From: an uncultured Acidobacteriaceae bacterium
GTDB lineage: Bacteria; Acidobacteriota; Terriglobia; Terriglobales; Acidobacteriaceae
Length of the DNA stretch: 64,000 bases
Assembly (NCBI GenBank): GCA_963737915.1
Contig: CAVTUP010000028.1
Location: 15,634-79,633, forward strand
Direction of reading: 5' to 3'
Made by a program: the position numbers and the translations under genes. The notes beneath the pieces were generated by a model. It saw nothing but the letters and a program-made list of their open reading frames with translations. It searched no databases and was not told the origin of the DNA. Shown here piece by piece: positions 39,318 through 49,906 of the stretch (positions within the stretch are counted from its first letter, which is position 1; each line of letters opens with the position of its first letter).

Positions 39318-39542
39318 CGGCGTCCTCGATGTCCACGGATCGCTGTCAGCTCATGCGGAAATAGACACCACTCAACTACCTGCCGCCTGATGGATTTCCC
39401 AACGAGCCGTGAACGAGTTGAAGGAACAAGAGTCGCGGCTCATGCTCGATCAACATTTCGCAGCTGCAGGGAAATGCCCCGCCGGAGAACAGGATCGTGG
39501 ACTACCGGATTGGTCAGAGCGTGTGGAGACGAGCGGGATGGA

Positions 39543-39824
39543 CTAACAGCGAAGCACGAGGGAGGATTGATTGTGTCCCCAGCTTGAGAACTGAAGACCG
39601 TCTGAAGGGCGGTGCGCGTCTATCGTCTGGAACACGCGCAATAGACTGGCTGTTCCAAGAGAAGTGAGATTTCCCGAGGAATTATTGCTGGCCGAATGCG
39701 AGGTGACATGATGCTCGCGCAAGGTGGTCTCAGGCATGTCGATCGATGGAGCAATCAGCACAGTTGCGACCGCAACGAGCACCGCCAGCGCAATGGCTGT
39801 CCTGAACGAACCCTTGGCGCGCAT
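39543..39824 (-). CDS. hypothetical small protein with an N-terminal TM/signal anchor
   Basis: ATG-initiated part (MRAKGSFRTAIALAVLVAVATVLIAPS...) of ORF 39543..40016. No family recognised. Confidence 0.3.
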   Translation of the reverse strand: MRAKGSFRTAIALAVLVAVATVLIAPSIDMPETTLREHHVTSHSASNNSSGNLTSLGTASLLRVFQTIDAHRPSDGLQFSSWGHNQSSLVLRC

Positions 39825-40085
39825 CGCGCCACAACCGGCAAAGAGCCGGATGCTCTTTTGCCAGACTGCGCGGAAACCGGATGCGTGACCAGCATTCATC
39901 TGCCCCAATTGGAACCTGAGAGTCATAAGGAACCGATAAATTTTGCTGGTAGTCGGCAAAAAACAATTTTGACCAAATGGATGAATGCAGGAAATCTGCC
40001 GCACGCCCCCTCCCAACGATCTGTCAGCCTGCGCGACAATCGCCGGTTAGATCGGCTAAACCATCCGAATTTAGCTACCAAGGCA

Positions 40086-42089
40086 CTAATTATGTTGAAG
40101 CCGGATCGCAGCGCCTCCACCCGGTGCAAGGTGAAATGTCATCGTGTCAGATCTCCGCACGGTCTTGTGGCTAATCTCCAGATGCTTTGGCTCGGTTGCC
40201 GCATCGGCGGCATCGGCATAGATCTCCGCCTCGTAGTCACCCTCACTCAAGAAGGTCAGCGGCACAGTGACATCGCGTCCTGTCCAGTTATTAATGCTGC
40301 CGACGTACCAGTTGTTCCCGTTGCGCCGGGCGATCGTCGCATACTCGCCTGGCCTGCCGGCAATCACGCGAGTCTCATCCCATGCAGTTGGAACTTCTTT
40401 GATGAATTCAAATCCCGGTTGTTCGCGATAAGCTTGCGGACTATCGGAAACCATCTGGAACGGCGTTTCATAGACCACGTACAAGGCGAGTTGCTGCGCC
40501 CGCGTACCCATCACTGTCGGATTCTCATCCCTTGCTACGAAGCCGTCCTCGGTAACGTTATTGAAGGCCCCGGGCGTGTAGTCCATCGGTCCCGCCAGCA
40601 TTCTGGTAAATGGATACACCGTCCTCTGCGGCGGATTGTCTCGCCTTCCCGCTTTGGACTGCTCCATGCCCAGGATCCCCTCGTAACTCATCACATTCGG
40701 AAATGTCCGCGCAATGCCCCAGGGCTTGCTTGCACCGTGAAAATCAACCATCAGGTGATGCGCCGAGGCCTCCCTGGCAACGTCATAGTAAAACTGAATT
40801 CCTTGCTGGTCATCGCGGTTGACGAAGTCTATCTTCAGCCCCGCGACGCCCCATTGCTCGTAAAGCGGGAAGGCTTCTTTCATCTGCTTCATCACATAGC
40901 TCGAATAAAGCCAGATCCATACCTTCACGTTCCTGGTCTTTGCATACCGGCAGAGTTCTGGCACATCTACGTTGCCGCGCATCTTGGTGATGTCGTCGGT
41001 ACTCCACCCTGCATCAAGCATGAAGTAGTCAAATCCCGACTCAGCCGCGAAGTCGACATATCGCTTCATGTTGTCCGTCGTATACGCCGGCTTGTTGTTT
41101 GCGTCGAGATCGCCGTTCCACCAGTCCCAGGAGGCTTTTCCCGGCTTGATCCATGACGTGTCACTGAGAGCATTCGGTGGGTTGAGGCTGGTTATCACAT
41201 TCGACTCGACAAGCCGGCCGGGATCGTCCGCCACCAGCACAACTCTCCACGCCGAATGAAAGGGCAACCACCCGGTCACCGCCAACTCCGGATGGTCGAA
41301 TTGGGGCGACAGCAGCGAGGTCAATCCATGCCCCTGCCAACTTCCGGAGGGATTCGTCAGGTACATGCCCGCCGTGCCATCCAAATCAGCTTCCAGCAAT
41401 GCCAGCCACGCGGTTCCGGGTTCGTGTGCCAGCAGCGGCAAGCCGAGCAGAAAGTGGCTGGCCACTCCTCCCTGGTTTGAAAATGCGCTGACCGGCAAAT
41501 TCACATACTCACTTTCATAGCTGCTGCGATAATTCGGCAGCGCCAGTGCCCAGGTCATTGCATCCGAGCTGAATTGGAACTGGGTAGCCTCCTGCCGCAG
41601 CCTCAATTCCTTCATCACCTTTGGCTGCTCCGGCACTACATAACGGAAAGCAATGCCGCTGTCATAGGCGCGTGCCTCAATCTGAAACATCCGGGCAGCC
41701 GCGCCGTCCTCCGCCAGAGTGACCTTCAGACTCTGGTACGGGTCGTGTACATGGCTCGACTTGCCCGTCGCCAGGGTGTAATCGTCGACCCCCGAGCCAG
41801 GTTCGCTGCTCATCACATGAACTTTTGCGCCGAGTAGGGCGCCTCCCTCCAGATCGAGGCCAAGCGTGGATTCTTCAAGCACAACCTTGTCGCGATACCG
41901 CACCGAATACACCAACTGGCCGGTCTGTGCTTCTTCTCCCTTCGGAGAGCGGATGGCCAACGTCATGGTCAGATCGTCGTGGGGAGATTTGACCACCATC
42001 TGAGGCTTTTGTGCTTCGATCCTCACGACGGAACTCAAGAGAGCCAGGGCAGAAAGAAGAACGCGTTTGTGCCTCACCAATTGAACCAC
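40086..42089 (-). CDS. glycoside hydrolase family 97 protein
   Basis: 667 aa with a signal peptide and GH97-type catalytic region (FDYFMLDAGWS, WGVAGLKIDFVNRDDQ, MVDFHGASKPWG, EGILGME). Confidence 0.9.
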   Translation of the reverse strand: MVQLVRHKRVLLSALALLSSVVRIEAQKPQMVVKSPHDDLTMTLAIRSPKGEEAQTGQLVYSVRYRDKVVLEESTLGLDLEGGALLGAKVHVMSSEPGSGVDDYTLATGKSSHVHDPYQSLKVTLAEDGAAARMFQIEARAYDSGIAFRYVVPEQPKVMKELRLRQEATQFQFSSDAMTWALALPNYRSSYESEYVNLPVSAFSNQGGVASHFLLGLPLLAHEPGTAWLALLEADLDGTAGMYLTNPSGSWQGHGLTSLLSPQFDHPELAVTGWLPFHSAWRVVLVADDPGRLVESNVITSLNPPNALSDTSWIKPGKASWDWWNGDLDANNKPAYTTDNMKRYVDFAAESGFDYFMLDAGWSTDDITKMRGNVDVPELCRYAKTRNVKVWIWLYSSYVMKQMKEAFPLYEQWGVAGLKIDFVNRDDQQGIQFYYDVAREASAHHLMVDFHGASKPWGIARTFPNVMSYEGILGMEQSKAGRRDNPPQRTVYPFTRMLAGPMDYTPGAFNNVTEDGFVARDENPTVMGTRAQQLALYVVYETPFQMVSDSPQAYREQPGFEFIKEVPTAWDETRVIAGRPGEYATIARRNGNNWYVGSINNWTGRDVTVPLTFLSEGDYEAEIYADAADAATEPKHLEISHKTVRRSDTMTFHLAPGGGAAIRLQHN

Positions 42090-42396
42090 CCTCGGACAGC
42101 GGATTAGGAATGCTGAACAACTTCCTCGCTGTGGACTTGAATGTAGCCTTTACATTCTCTCTCAACTCGGACGATCGCTCATGCCCACGTCCCCACTTCT
42201 GAATCGAGATCGCACCGCCCTCGAACGAGTTACCTTGCATCCAGGCACTTCCAACTGGCGCCATCCAGCACCGCGACCCATCACATTTCTCATCTTTCCT
42301 GGAGCCACTTTCCGCTGTCGCGGCGTACGATACAGTGGCACAGCTTTTCAATTTCCGTTGATGCCAATCCGCACCACCAACTCCTATGGAGGATCG

Positions 42397-45300
42397 ATGA
42401 ACGTCGTCCGGCCCCGGCTGGCGCTTGCTCTACTGGCGCTGGCAATTCTTACGCCCATCCTTGCCTTATCCCAATCCACTACCGGTAGTTCACCGCTCCT
42501 GCTGCGCAGCCCTTCGCTTTCGCAAGACAAAATCGCCTTCCGCTACGCCGATGATATTTGGACCGTCAGCCGCCAGGGCGGCGAGGCTCAGCGCCTCACC
42601 TCCAATGGCAAGGTCGTCGCCGGACCCTTCTTTTCGCCTGACGGCTCTCAGATCGCCTACAGCGCTCATCTCAACGGCAACGTCGATGTCTACATCATTC
42701 CCGCGGCTGGCGGAGTACCTCGCCGCATCACCTGGCATCCGGCCGGCAGCGGAGTAGTCGGCTGGACACCCGACGGCAAAAATGTGCTCATCGCAACGTC
42801 AGCTGCGAGCTATCGCCACTTCCTCAAGCTCTTCACGGTGCATGCCGACGGCTCGGGAGTGCCTGAGCCTCTGCCGCTGCCTTCCGGCTTCGAGGGATCC
42901 TATTCGCCTGACGGCCAGTCCCTCGCTTACCAGCCGATTACCAAGTGGCAGCCCGCGTGGAAGCACTACGTCGGCGGACAGACGACGCCCATCTGGATCG
43001 TGAACCTCAAGACTCTCGAACTCCAGAAAGTGCCCCGCGATAATTCGAATGACTCCCATCCTGTGTGGGCGGGAAATCTGATCTACTTCCTCTCGGATCG
43101 CAATGGTCCCATCTCGCTGTTCAGTTACGACGCGTTCGCAAAAGAAGTCAGGCAGGTCGTTCCCAATACCACTCTCGACTTGAAATCAATCCAGGCCGGC
43201 CCCGGTGGATTGGTCTACGAGCAGTTCGGCTCCATTCACCTTGTCGACACCGCAGCCAATAATGCAGACCATGTGGTTTCGATCCAGATACACGGCGAAC
43301 TCGAAAACCTTGAGCCGCACCTCGCCTCCATCAAGCCCGACGAAATCAAAGGCGCTGCACTCTCCCCCTCGGGTGCCCGCGCCGTCTTTGAAGCGCACGG
43401 CGAAATCTTCACTGTGCCTGGCGAGAAGGGCGACACCCGCAACCTCACCAACACCTCCGGCGCCGCAGAGCGCGATCCCTCGTGGAGCCCTGACGGCAAG
43501 ACCATCGCGTATTTCTCCGACGTCTCGGGCGAATACCAGCTCTACCTCCGCGACCAGACCGGATTCAAGCCGCCGGTCGTCATCGATCTCGGACCCGACC
43601 CCAGCTTTTTCTACACCCCGCAGTGGTCGCCCGACTCCAAACACATTTGCTTTGCCGACAAGCACCTTCGCCTCTGGCTTGTTGATGTACCTTCCGGCAA
43701 ACCCGTCCTCGTCGACAAGGGCACCTACGGCAGCTTCGGCGCGAGCTTTGGCCAGGTCTGGTCGCCCGACTCCAAGTGGATCGCCTACAACCGCGATCTC
43801 GACAATCAATTGCACGCCATCTTTCTCTACTCAATGGACACCCACAAAGCCACCCAGGTCACCGACGGCATGAGCGATGCCATCAGCCCCGCATTCGACC
43901 TGAATGGCAAGTACCTCTACTTCATCGCCTCCACCGACGATGGCCCTTCGAACGCCGGAATCGATCTCTCCTCTCTCGATCGCGCCCAGACCAGCGCACC
44001 CTATGTCGTCGTCCTCGCCAAAGATGGCGCGTCGCCGATCCCGCCCGAGAGCGACGACGAAAAAATCAAAGAAGAGAAGAAAGACGAGCCGAAGAAGCCC
44101 ATCGCAGAAGACAAAAAGTCCGACAAGCCGAAGGACGACGCCAAGTCCAACAGACAAGGACAAAGAGAAAGACAAAGCAAAGCAAGCCGGCAACGAACCG
44201 CCCAAAGACGACAAAGACAAGCCCGTCAAAGTCACCGTCGATCTCGACGGCATCGGCAACCGCATCCTGTCTCTCCCCATTCCGCCGCGAAACTACGCCG
44301 GCATCGGCACTGGCAAAGCGGGCGTGATCTATCTCTTCGAAGGGTCGCCTGTTGGCCGTTCCTCGAGCGAGGGAGGCGGCTCCGGCATTCGCGCTGTCTG
44401 GCGCTTTCACCCTTGAAAAACGCGAACCCGAAACGGTTCTCAGCGACGTCGATGCGTTCGTCGTCTCCGCGGACGGATCCAAGGCCCTCATTGGCAAAAA
44501 AGGCGGCTGGACGATCTCCCCGACCGACGACCTGAAGCCTGGCAATGCCAACCCCGGCAAGCCCCTCAAGCTCGACGGAATGCAAACCACCATCGACCCG
44601 CGCGCCGAATGGAAGCAGATGTATAACGAGACGTGGCGCATTGAGCGCGACTTCCTCTACGATCCCAACACGCACGGGCTTTCAATACCCAAGATCGAAG
44701 CCCGCTACAAGCCCTATCTCGATGGCCTGGCGTCTCGTTCTGAATTCACTTACCTCTCCATCGAAATGCTGGGTGAGGTCACTATCGGCCACATGTTCGT
44801 AGGCGGTCCTGACGATCACGACAACCTTCCCAAAACCGGACTGCTTGGCGCCGACTACAAGGTCGAGAATGACCGCTATCGCATCGTCAAGATCCTCGGT
44901 GGCCAAAACTGGACACCCGGTCTTGCTTCGCCCCTCACTATGCCCGGCGTTTATGTCAAAGAGGGTGAATACCTGCTCGCCGTCAATGGCCGCGAAATTC
45001 ACGCGAACGACAACCTCTACCAGTTCTTCGATGGCACCGCCGGCAAACAGACCATCCTCCACGTCGGACCGAACCCCGACGGCAAAGACGCCCGCGACGT
45101 CACCGTCGTTCCCATTGCCGACGAAGACGGCCTCCGCAACCTCGATTGGATCGAAGGCAATCGCCGCAAAGTCAACGAGCTCTCCGGCGGCAAAGTTGCT
45201 TACGTCTACATGCCCAACACCGGCGGCTCGGGCTACACCAACTTCAACCGCTTCTTCTACTCGCAACTCGACAAGCAGGCCCTTGTGCTCGACGAGCGCT

Positions 45301-45812
45301 GGAACGAGGGAGGCTTTATCGCTGACTACGTGATCGATGTGCTCAAGCGCTTCCCGCTCTCGGGAGCCATCGAGCGCGATGGAAAGGCGATCCACGACCC
45401 CGTCGGCGCCATCTTCGGTCCCAAGGTCATGCTCATCAACCAGAACTCCGGTTCAGGCGGAGATGCCATGCCCTGGTACTTCCGCAAAGCCGCAGTCGGC
45501 AAGCTCGTCGGCACCCGCACCTGGGGAGGACTCGTCGGCATCGGTGGCTATCCATCACTGCTCGACGGCGGATACGTCATGGCCCCGCGCTACGCCATCT
45601 ACGGCCTCAAAGGCGATTGGGAAGTTGAAAACCACGGCATCATCCCCGACGTTCCGGTCGAGGAACTTCCCAAAGACGTCGCCGATGGGCACGACAAACA
45701 ACTCGAAACGGGAGTGCAGATGGTTCTGGATGAGTTGAAGGCCAGCCCCATCCCCGCCATCCCCATCCCAACCTACCCCAACTACCATAAGACAGACGGG
45801 TTAGGAAAATAA
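42397..45812 (+). pseudogene. tricorn-protease-like S41 peptidase (beta-propellers + PDZ + S41), two +1 frame breaks
   Basis: Three frames read in series: 42397-~44150, ~44150-~44407 (DKDKEKDKAKQAGNEPPKDDKDKPVKVTVDLDGIGNRILSLPIP...) and ~44407-45812 (TLEKREPETV...WRIERDFLYD...NQNSGSGGDAMPW...TRTWGG). This gives one ~1135-aa collinear protein with a signal peptide. Confidence 0.85.
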
Positions 45813-45840
45813 TTTGCCGGCAGATCGGCTGCGATCATCT

Positions 45841-45873
45841 CTGTCCGGGTCTTGATTTTTGAGACTCGGACAG
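45841..45873 (+). terminator. hairpin terminator after the tricorn-like gene
   Basis: CTGTCCGGGTCT-N9-AGACTCGGACAG, a 12-bp stem with one G.U pair, about 30 nt after the stop. Confidence 0.5.
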
Positions 45874-46010
45874 GCGTGCTGGTTGCTCTTTCTGGAAAGG
45901 TCTTATCAAAGGGAACCATTGCGCTGACCATCCGTTTTGATTTTTCTTTCCGTTTGCTCTCAATTTTGACCTTCTCGCCGCATCCAACGCAGAACAGGGT
46001 CCCGCCAACC

Positions 46011-46310
46011 ATGAGCCTTCAAACATCTCAAGAACTACTGACATCTCTACGAGTGACGCTCCAGAAACTGGAGCAGAATCCCGACCCGGCGCAAGACCCT
46101 GGTGCATTGGCCGAACTCAAGACCATCCTGCTGAACCGCATCGCGGAACTCGAAGTGGCCTTGACCCTCGAGCCTGCGGTCGAGGCCTCCAAGCCACCTC
46201 TCGTTGCCGATTTGGTGCCGCCTGCCTCCATGTCAGATGGAAGCTCCGGCAAAGACGCGCCAGATCCTGCGACTCCACTTCACGCCGAGAAGCTGGAGAA
46301 GCTCGACTAA
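46011..46310 (+). CDS. hypothetical protein
   Basis: ATG-initiated 99-aa part of ORF 45852..46310. Helical N-terminus and Pro/Ala-rich tail. No family recognised. Confidence 0.4.
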   Translation: MSLQTSQELLTSLRVTLQKLEQNPDPAQDPGALAELKTILLNRIAELEVALTLEPAVEASKPPLVADLVPPASMSDGSSGKDAPDPATPLHAEKLEKLD

Positions 46311-46369
46311 CGTCCGCCTTCAAGTTGCGATTCTGCGAAGCCAATCAGTTTCATTCGCTCAAAATGAAA

Positions 46370-46395
46370 GGCCGCCGGACCGACTCCCGGCGGCC
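46370..46395. terminator. bidirectional hairpin between convergent genes
   Basis: GGCCGCCGG-N8-CCGGCGGCC, a 9-bp perfect stem. The minus-strand reading is followed by TTTCATTTT. Confidence 0.55.
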
Positions 46396-46421
46396 CCAGA
46401 CTCCTTCCCCGGAATTTCCTT

Positions 46422-46895
46422 TCATTGATCAACCTTGTTGAACACGCTGATGATCGCGTTCGAGTCAAGCACCGTGTCCACTTCGTTGCCGTTCTTGACG
46501 ATCACCATTCCAAGGACTAACGGAACGGGACTGTTCGGAGTGTTGACGGTGGCCGTTCCCGTGCAGTCAGGATTTACGTCATAGGTTCCGCTGGCGGTTG
46601 TCGACCAGTCCGGTCCCACTAACGTTCCATTAATGACCGTGTGTTCCACCCACGAAATGTTGCCGCGGCCATCGAAGTGCGTCATGGTAAGGGCACGAAA
46701 CGGCAACGACACACCTGGCGCAGGAAGCAGTAAGCCCTCAGCTCTGCTTCCGTAATTCCCATTCAGCGTTCGGTTAGAGCAGTTCTTCTTGTCGCCGGAA
46801 TCGGCCTGGGCTGAAACGCCGGAAGCCAACATGGCACACGCGATCGCGAGGGGAACCGCCAGAGAGGAGATTCGTGACATTGACCTTCTTTGCAT
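46422..46895 (-). CDS. secreted hypothetical protein
   Basis: 157 aa with a signal peptide (LAVPLAIACAMLASGVSAQA) and beta-rich mature part. Confidence 0.6.
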   Translation of the reverse strand: MQRRSMSRISSLAVPLAIACAMLASGVSAQADSGDKKNCSNRTLNGNYGSRAEGLLLPAPGVSLPFRALTMTHFDGRGNISWVEHTVINGTLVGPDWSTTASGTYDVNPDCTGTATVNTPNSPVPLVLGMVIVKNGNEVDTVLDSNAIISVFNKVDQ

Positions 46896-47086
46896 GGGGA
46901 CCTCCTTAGGGTCTGAGCAAAAGTACTGCTCAAATCAACGGCCCTCAATGGCCTGCGCATTCTTTCTGTGTGGCGCTCTCCTTCCCTAATAACACTTATG
47001 GAATCTGCGCAGAATGGCGCAGCTTCCTGTTCTCGTCTCAAGAAATCGAGTGCTATACTCCAGAAACGTTTCTCCGGGAAATCCCA

Positions 47087-48851
47087 ATGGCATGCATTCG
47101 TTTTGGGACCTTCGAAGTCGACACTCGGTCCGGCGAGTTGCGCCGCAAGGGTGCGAAGGTCAAGCTGCAGGCCCAGCCATTTCAGGTTCTGGCGCTCCTG
47201 CTGGAACGTCCCGGCGAAGTGGTCACACGAGAAGAACTCACAGGCCGGCTTTGGCCTGAAGACACTTTCGTCGACTTCGAACGCGGTTTAAACAAAGCCA
47301 TTAATAAACTCCGCGAAGCCCTGCGGGATGATGCGGAAAAGCCCCGGTTTATTGAAACCCTTCCGCAGCGTGGATATCGCTTCATCGCCGAGACTTCCGT
47401 ATCGGCGCGTCACGCGGCACTGACAGCGCACGAAGGCGACGTTCCTCCTGCACTAACCTCCTCGCGGATCGACTCCCTGGCGGTGTTGCCGCTCGAAAAC
47501 CATTCCGGCGATCCGGCGCAGGAGTACTTCTCCGATGGCATGACCGAAGAGCTAATCAACCGCCATCTCCAGGATCACTCGCTCCGCGTAATATCGCGTA
47601 CATCGGTGATGACCTACAAGGGCACGCGCAAGTCATCTGCCCGCAATTGCGCGGGAGTTGCGCGTAGATGCAGTGGTTGAGGGGTCGGTTGCGCGGTCAG
47701 GCGACAAGATTCGCATCACGGCGCAGTTGATCTATGCGTCTGACGACAGGCATCTTTGGGCCGGAAGATACGAGCGCGAACTTCGCGATGTTCTGCAATT
47801 GCAGGCAGAGATCGCAGAGGACATCGCCACCCAGGTTCATAAGCTGGTTGACCCGAAACAGCTTTCGCCAAGTCTCGTGCCTAAAGTCCATCCGGAGGCG
47901 TTCGAGGCTGCACTGCGGGCAAATTTCATTCGCGACAAATTAACTCCGGTTGAGCTGTCAAGAGCCGCGGAACTCTACGCTGAAGCCATTGCGATCGATC
48001 CAACATACGCCCAGGCTTATGCAAATTTGTCGCAATGCCTCTTCTATATGGGACTCTTTGGAATGGGCCCCTCCAGTGACCTGTTTCTGAAGGCGAAAGC
48101 GAATGCGCTGAAAGCGCTGCAACTGGACGAGAGCGTTGCCGCGGCTCAAAATGCTCTAGCCGCAATTCATATTTTGTACGACTGGGACTGGTCCGGAGCT
48201 GAAGCCGTGTGCCGCCGCGGAGTGGAGCTGCGACCCGGAGATTCGGCGGCGCGCCTTCACCTTGCCGACTACATGTCGATTCAGGCTCGACACGGCGAAG
48301 CCATTGCGGAGTTCAAACGAGCGCTCGAATTTGATCCCATCAGTCGCGTCTACATCGGTTATATGGGTCTTCTTTTTTACCGCGCTCGACGCTATGACGA
48401 ATCGATTGAGCAATGCCAGCGGGCTTTGGATATTGACCCCTACTACTGCAATGCGATGTGGTTCATGGCGCTGTCGTTAGAGCAAAAGGGCCTTCTCCCT
48501 GAAGCCATCGCCCAGCTCGAAAGAGCAGTAAACATCTCCGGCGCGCCCCTTTTCCTTGCGCTTCTGAGCCGGGCGTACGCCCTGTCAGGCGACAAGACGA
48601 AGGCGCTCGAGATCCTCGACCGCATGAAGGCGGCGTCTCAACAGAGGTACGTCTCCCCGTTTGATTTCGCCGTCGTCCACATCGGTCTCGGAGATTTGAC
48701 CGCCGGCTTCGCGCATCTTGAAGAGGCATACCAGCAACGGGTGTTCCGGATCATCGAGCTGACGATGCCCATGTTCGACTCCCTGCATTCCGATCCGCGA
48801 TGGCGCGATCTCGTGCAGCGCATTGGCCTGCCAGTGATGAACAGCCAATAA
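47087..48851 (+). pseudogene. CadC/OmpR-type winged-helix DNA-binding protein with TolB-like and TPR domains, one +1 frame break near 47635
   Basis: MACIRFGTFEVD...LPQRGYRFIA...LAVLPLENHSGDPAQEYFSDGMTEELI...LRVISRTSVMTYKGTRKS continues in the +1 frame as LPAIARELRVDAVVEGSVARSGDKIRITAQLI..., followed by TPR repeats. Confidence 0.8.
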
Positions 48852-48891
48852 GAGAAACACGGCTCTCACTGCTCCGTCTCGCTTGCCGCGA

Positions 48892-49821
48892 CTACCCGGT
48901 TCTTCCGTAGCCGGCTGCCGTAGCCAGAATCCCATCCGAATATGGCGTACCTGCAAATCCAAATGCCTTCGCGTACTTTGTCGAGTCGAACAAGTACGGC
49001 GAATCGTTCTGGTACATCATCTCGCGAACTTCGCCAATCACCGGGTTGAACCAGCCTCCGACGAGAACCATGCCCCGATTCAACACTCGATACTTCGCCG
49101 GCACACCCATCGCCTTCGCGGCCATCTCGATGAACTGCTTTCCCGTCGGCGGATTCGCCGTGGTCGGCACATGCCACGTCTGGTTCCACGCCGACTCGCT
49201 TTCCGCCAGCGTCATCAACGCCTGCGCAGCATCCGGAGTGTACGTGTAGGAGTGAGGCACAGAATCGTTGGCCAGGCACATCGCCTTCTGCCCTTTGCTC
49301 ATCGGGTCAAACACCAGCACGTTCGGGATTCCATTGATCGCGTGCGGGCCGTAGAAATCCGCCGATCGCGCGATCATCGCCTTCAGGCTCCCGGCCTTCC
49401 ATTCGTTGACGAGCGATGTCGCGATCTTCGCGCGCACCTCTCCTTTTTTGCTCGACGGTTGGAAGGGCGTCTCTTCGGTCATCGCGCCGGCGACCTTGCC
49501 GTACATATATACGTTGTCGAAGAAAATCAACCTTGCGCCCGCGCGCTTGCACGCTTCAATAACGTTGGCCATGATGCGCGGCCACATCTCTGCCCAAAGC
49601 TTGTGATCGTACCGCAGGCCCGCGAGCAGGTACACGATCCTCGATCCCTGCACAGCCCTCAGCGCCTGCTCTTTGTCGCTCAAATCGGCGGCCATTCTCT
49701 CGGTTGCGCCAGCCGCTGAGCCGCCTCGCCTGCTCACCAGTCGAAAAGCTTCGCCCCGCGCCGCCAGCAACTTCACCAATTCATCACTGGTTACTCCGCC
49801 GCTCCCGAGGATGGTGATCAT
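48892..49821 (-). CDS. NAD-dependent epimerase/dehydratase-family (atypical SDR) protein
   Basis: ATG at 49821 after GGGAGAG. N-terminal MITILGSGGVTS Rossmann-type start. Confidence 0.8.
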   Translation of the reverse strand: MITILGSGGVTSDELVKLLAARGEAFRLVSRRGGSAAGATERMAADLSDKEQALRAVQGSRIVYLLAGLRYDHKLWAEMWPRIMANVIEACKRAGARLIFFDNVYMYGKVAGAMTEETPFQPSSKKGEVRAKIATSLVNEWKAGSLKAMIARSADFYGPHAINGIPNVLVFDPMSKGQKAMCLANDSVPHSYTYTPDAAQALMTLAESESAWNQTWHVPTTANPPTGKQFIEMAAKAMGVPAKYRVLNRGMVLVGGWFNPVIGEVREMMYQNDSPYLFDSTKYAKAFGFAGTPYSDGILATAAGYGRTG

Positions 49822-49906
49822 AAGGACACTCTCCCGTAATTCAAAGGCCCGCGATTTGGATGTTTTCATCTCGCCGTTCGATTCGGCGATCTAACGGCGG
49901 TCTCTT

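Noticed and set aside
39696-41156. A 486-aa ORF antisense to the GH97 gene, and similar long shadow ORFs (22616..23479+, 28216..29079-, 48883..49719+, 52552..53574+, 57927..58742+, 58288..59121-).
   Set aside because: Their translations are Arg/Pro/His-rich with no motifs, and each fully overlaps a gene with a clear family signature. This is typical of stop-poor alternative frames in GC-rich DNA.
42181-44535. The Arg/Gln/Ser-rich C-terminal ~130 aa of ORF 42181..44535 and the Ser/Pro/Thr/Lys-rich start of ORF 43904..44416, considered as possible genuine low-complexity proteins.
   Set aside because: They are out-of-frame read-through of the tricorn-like gene. The conserved protease sequence continues in the neighbouring frames.
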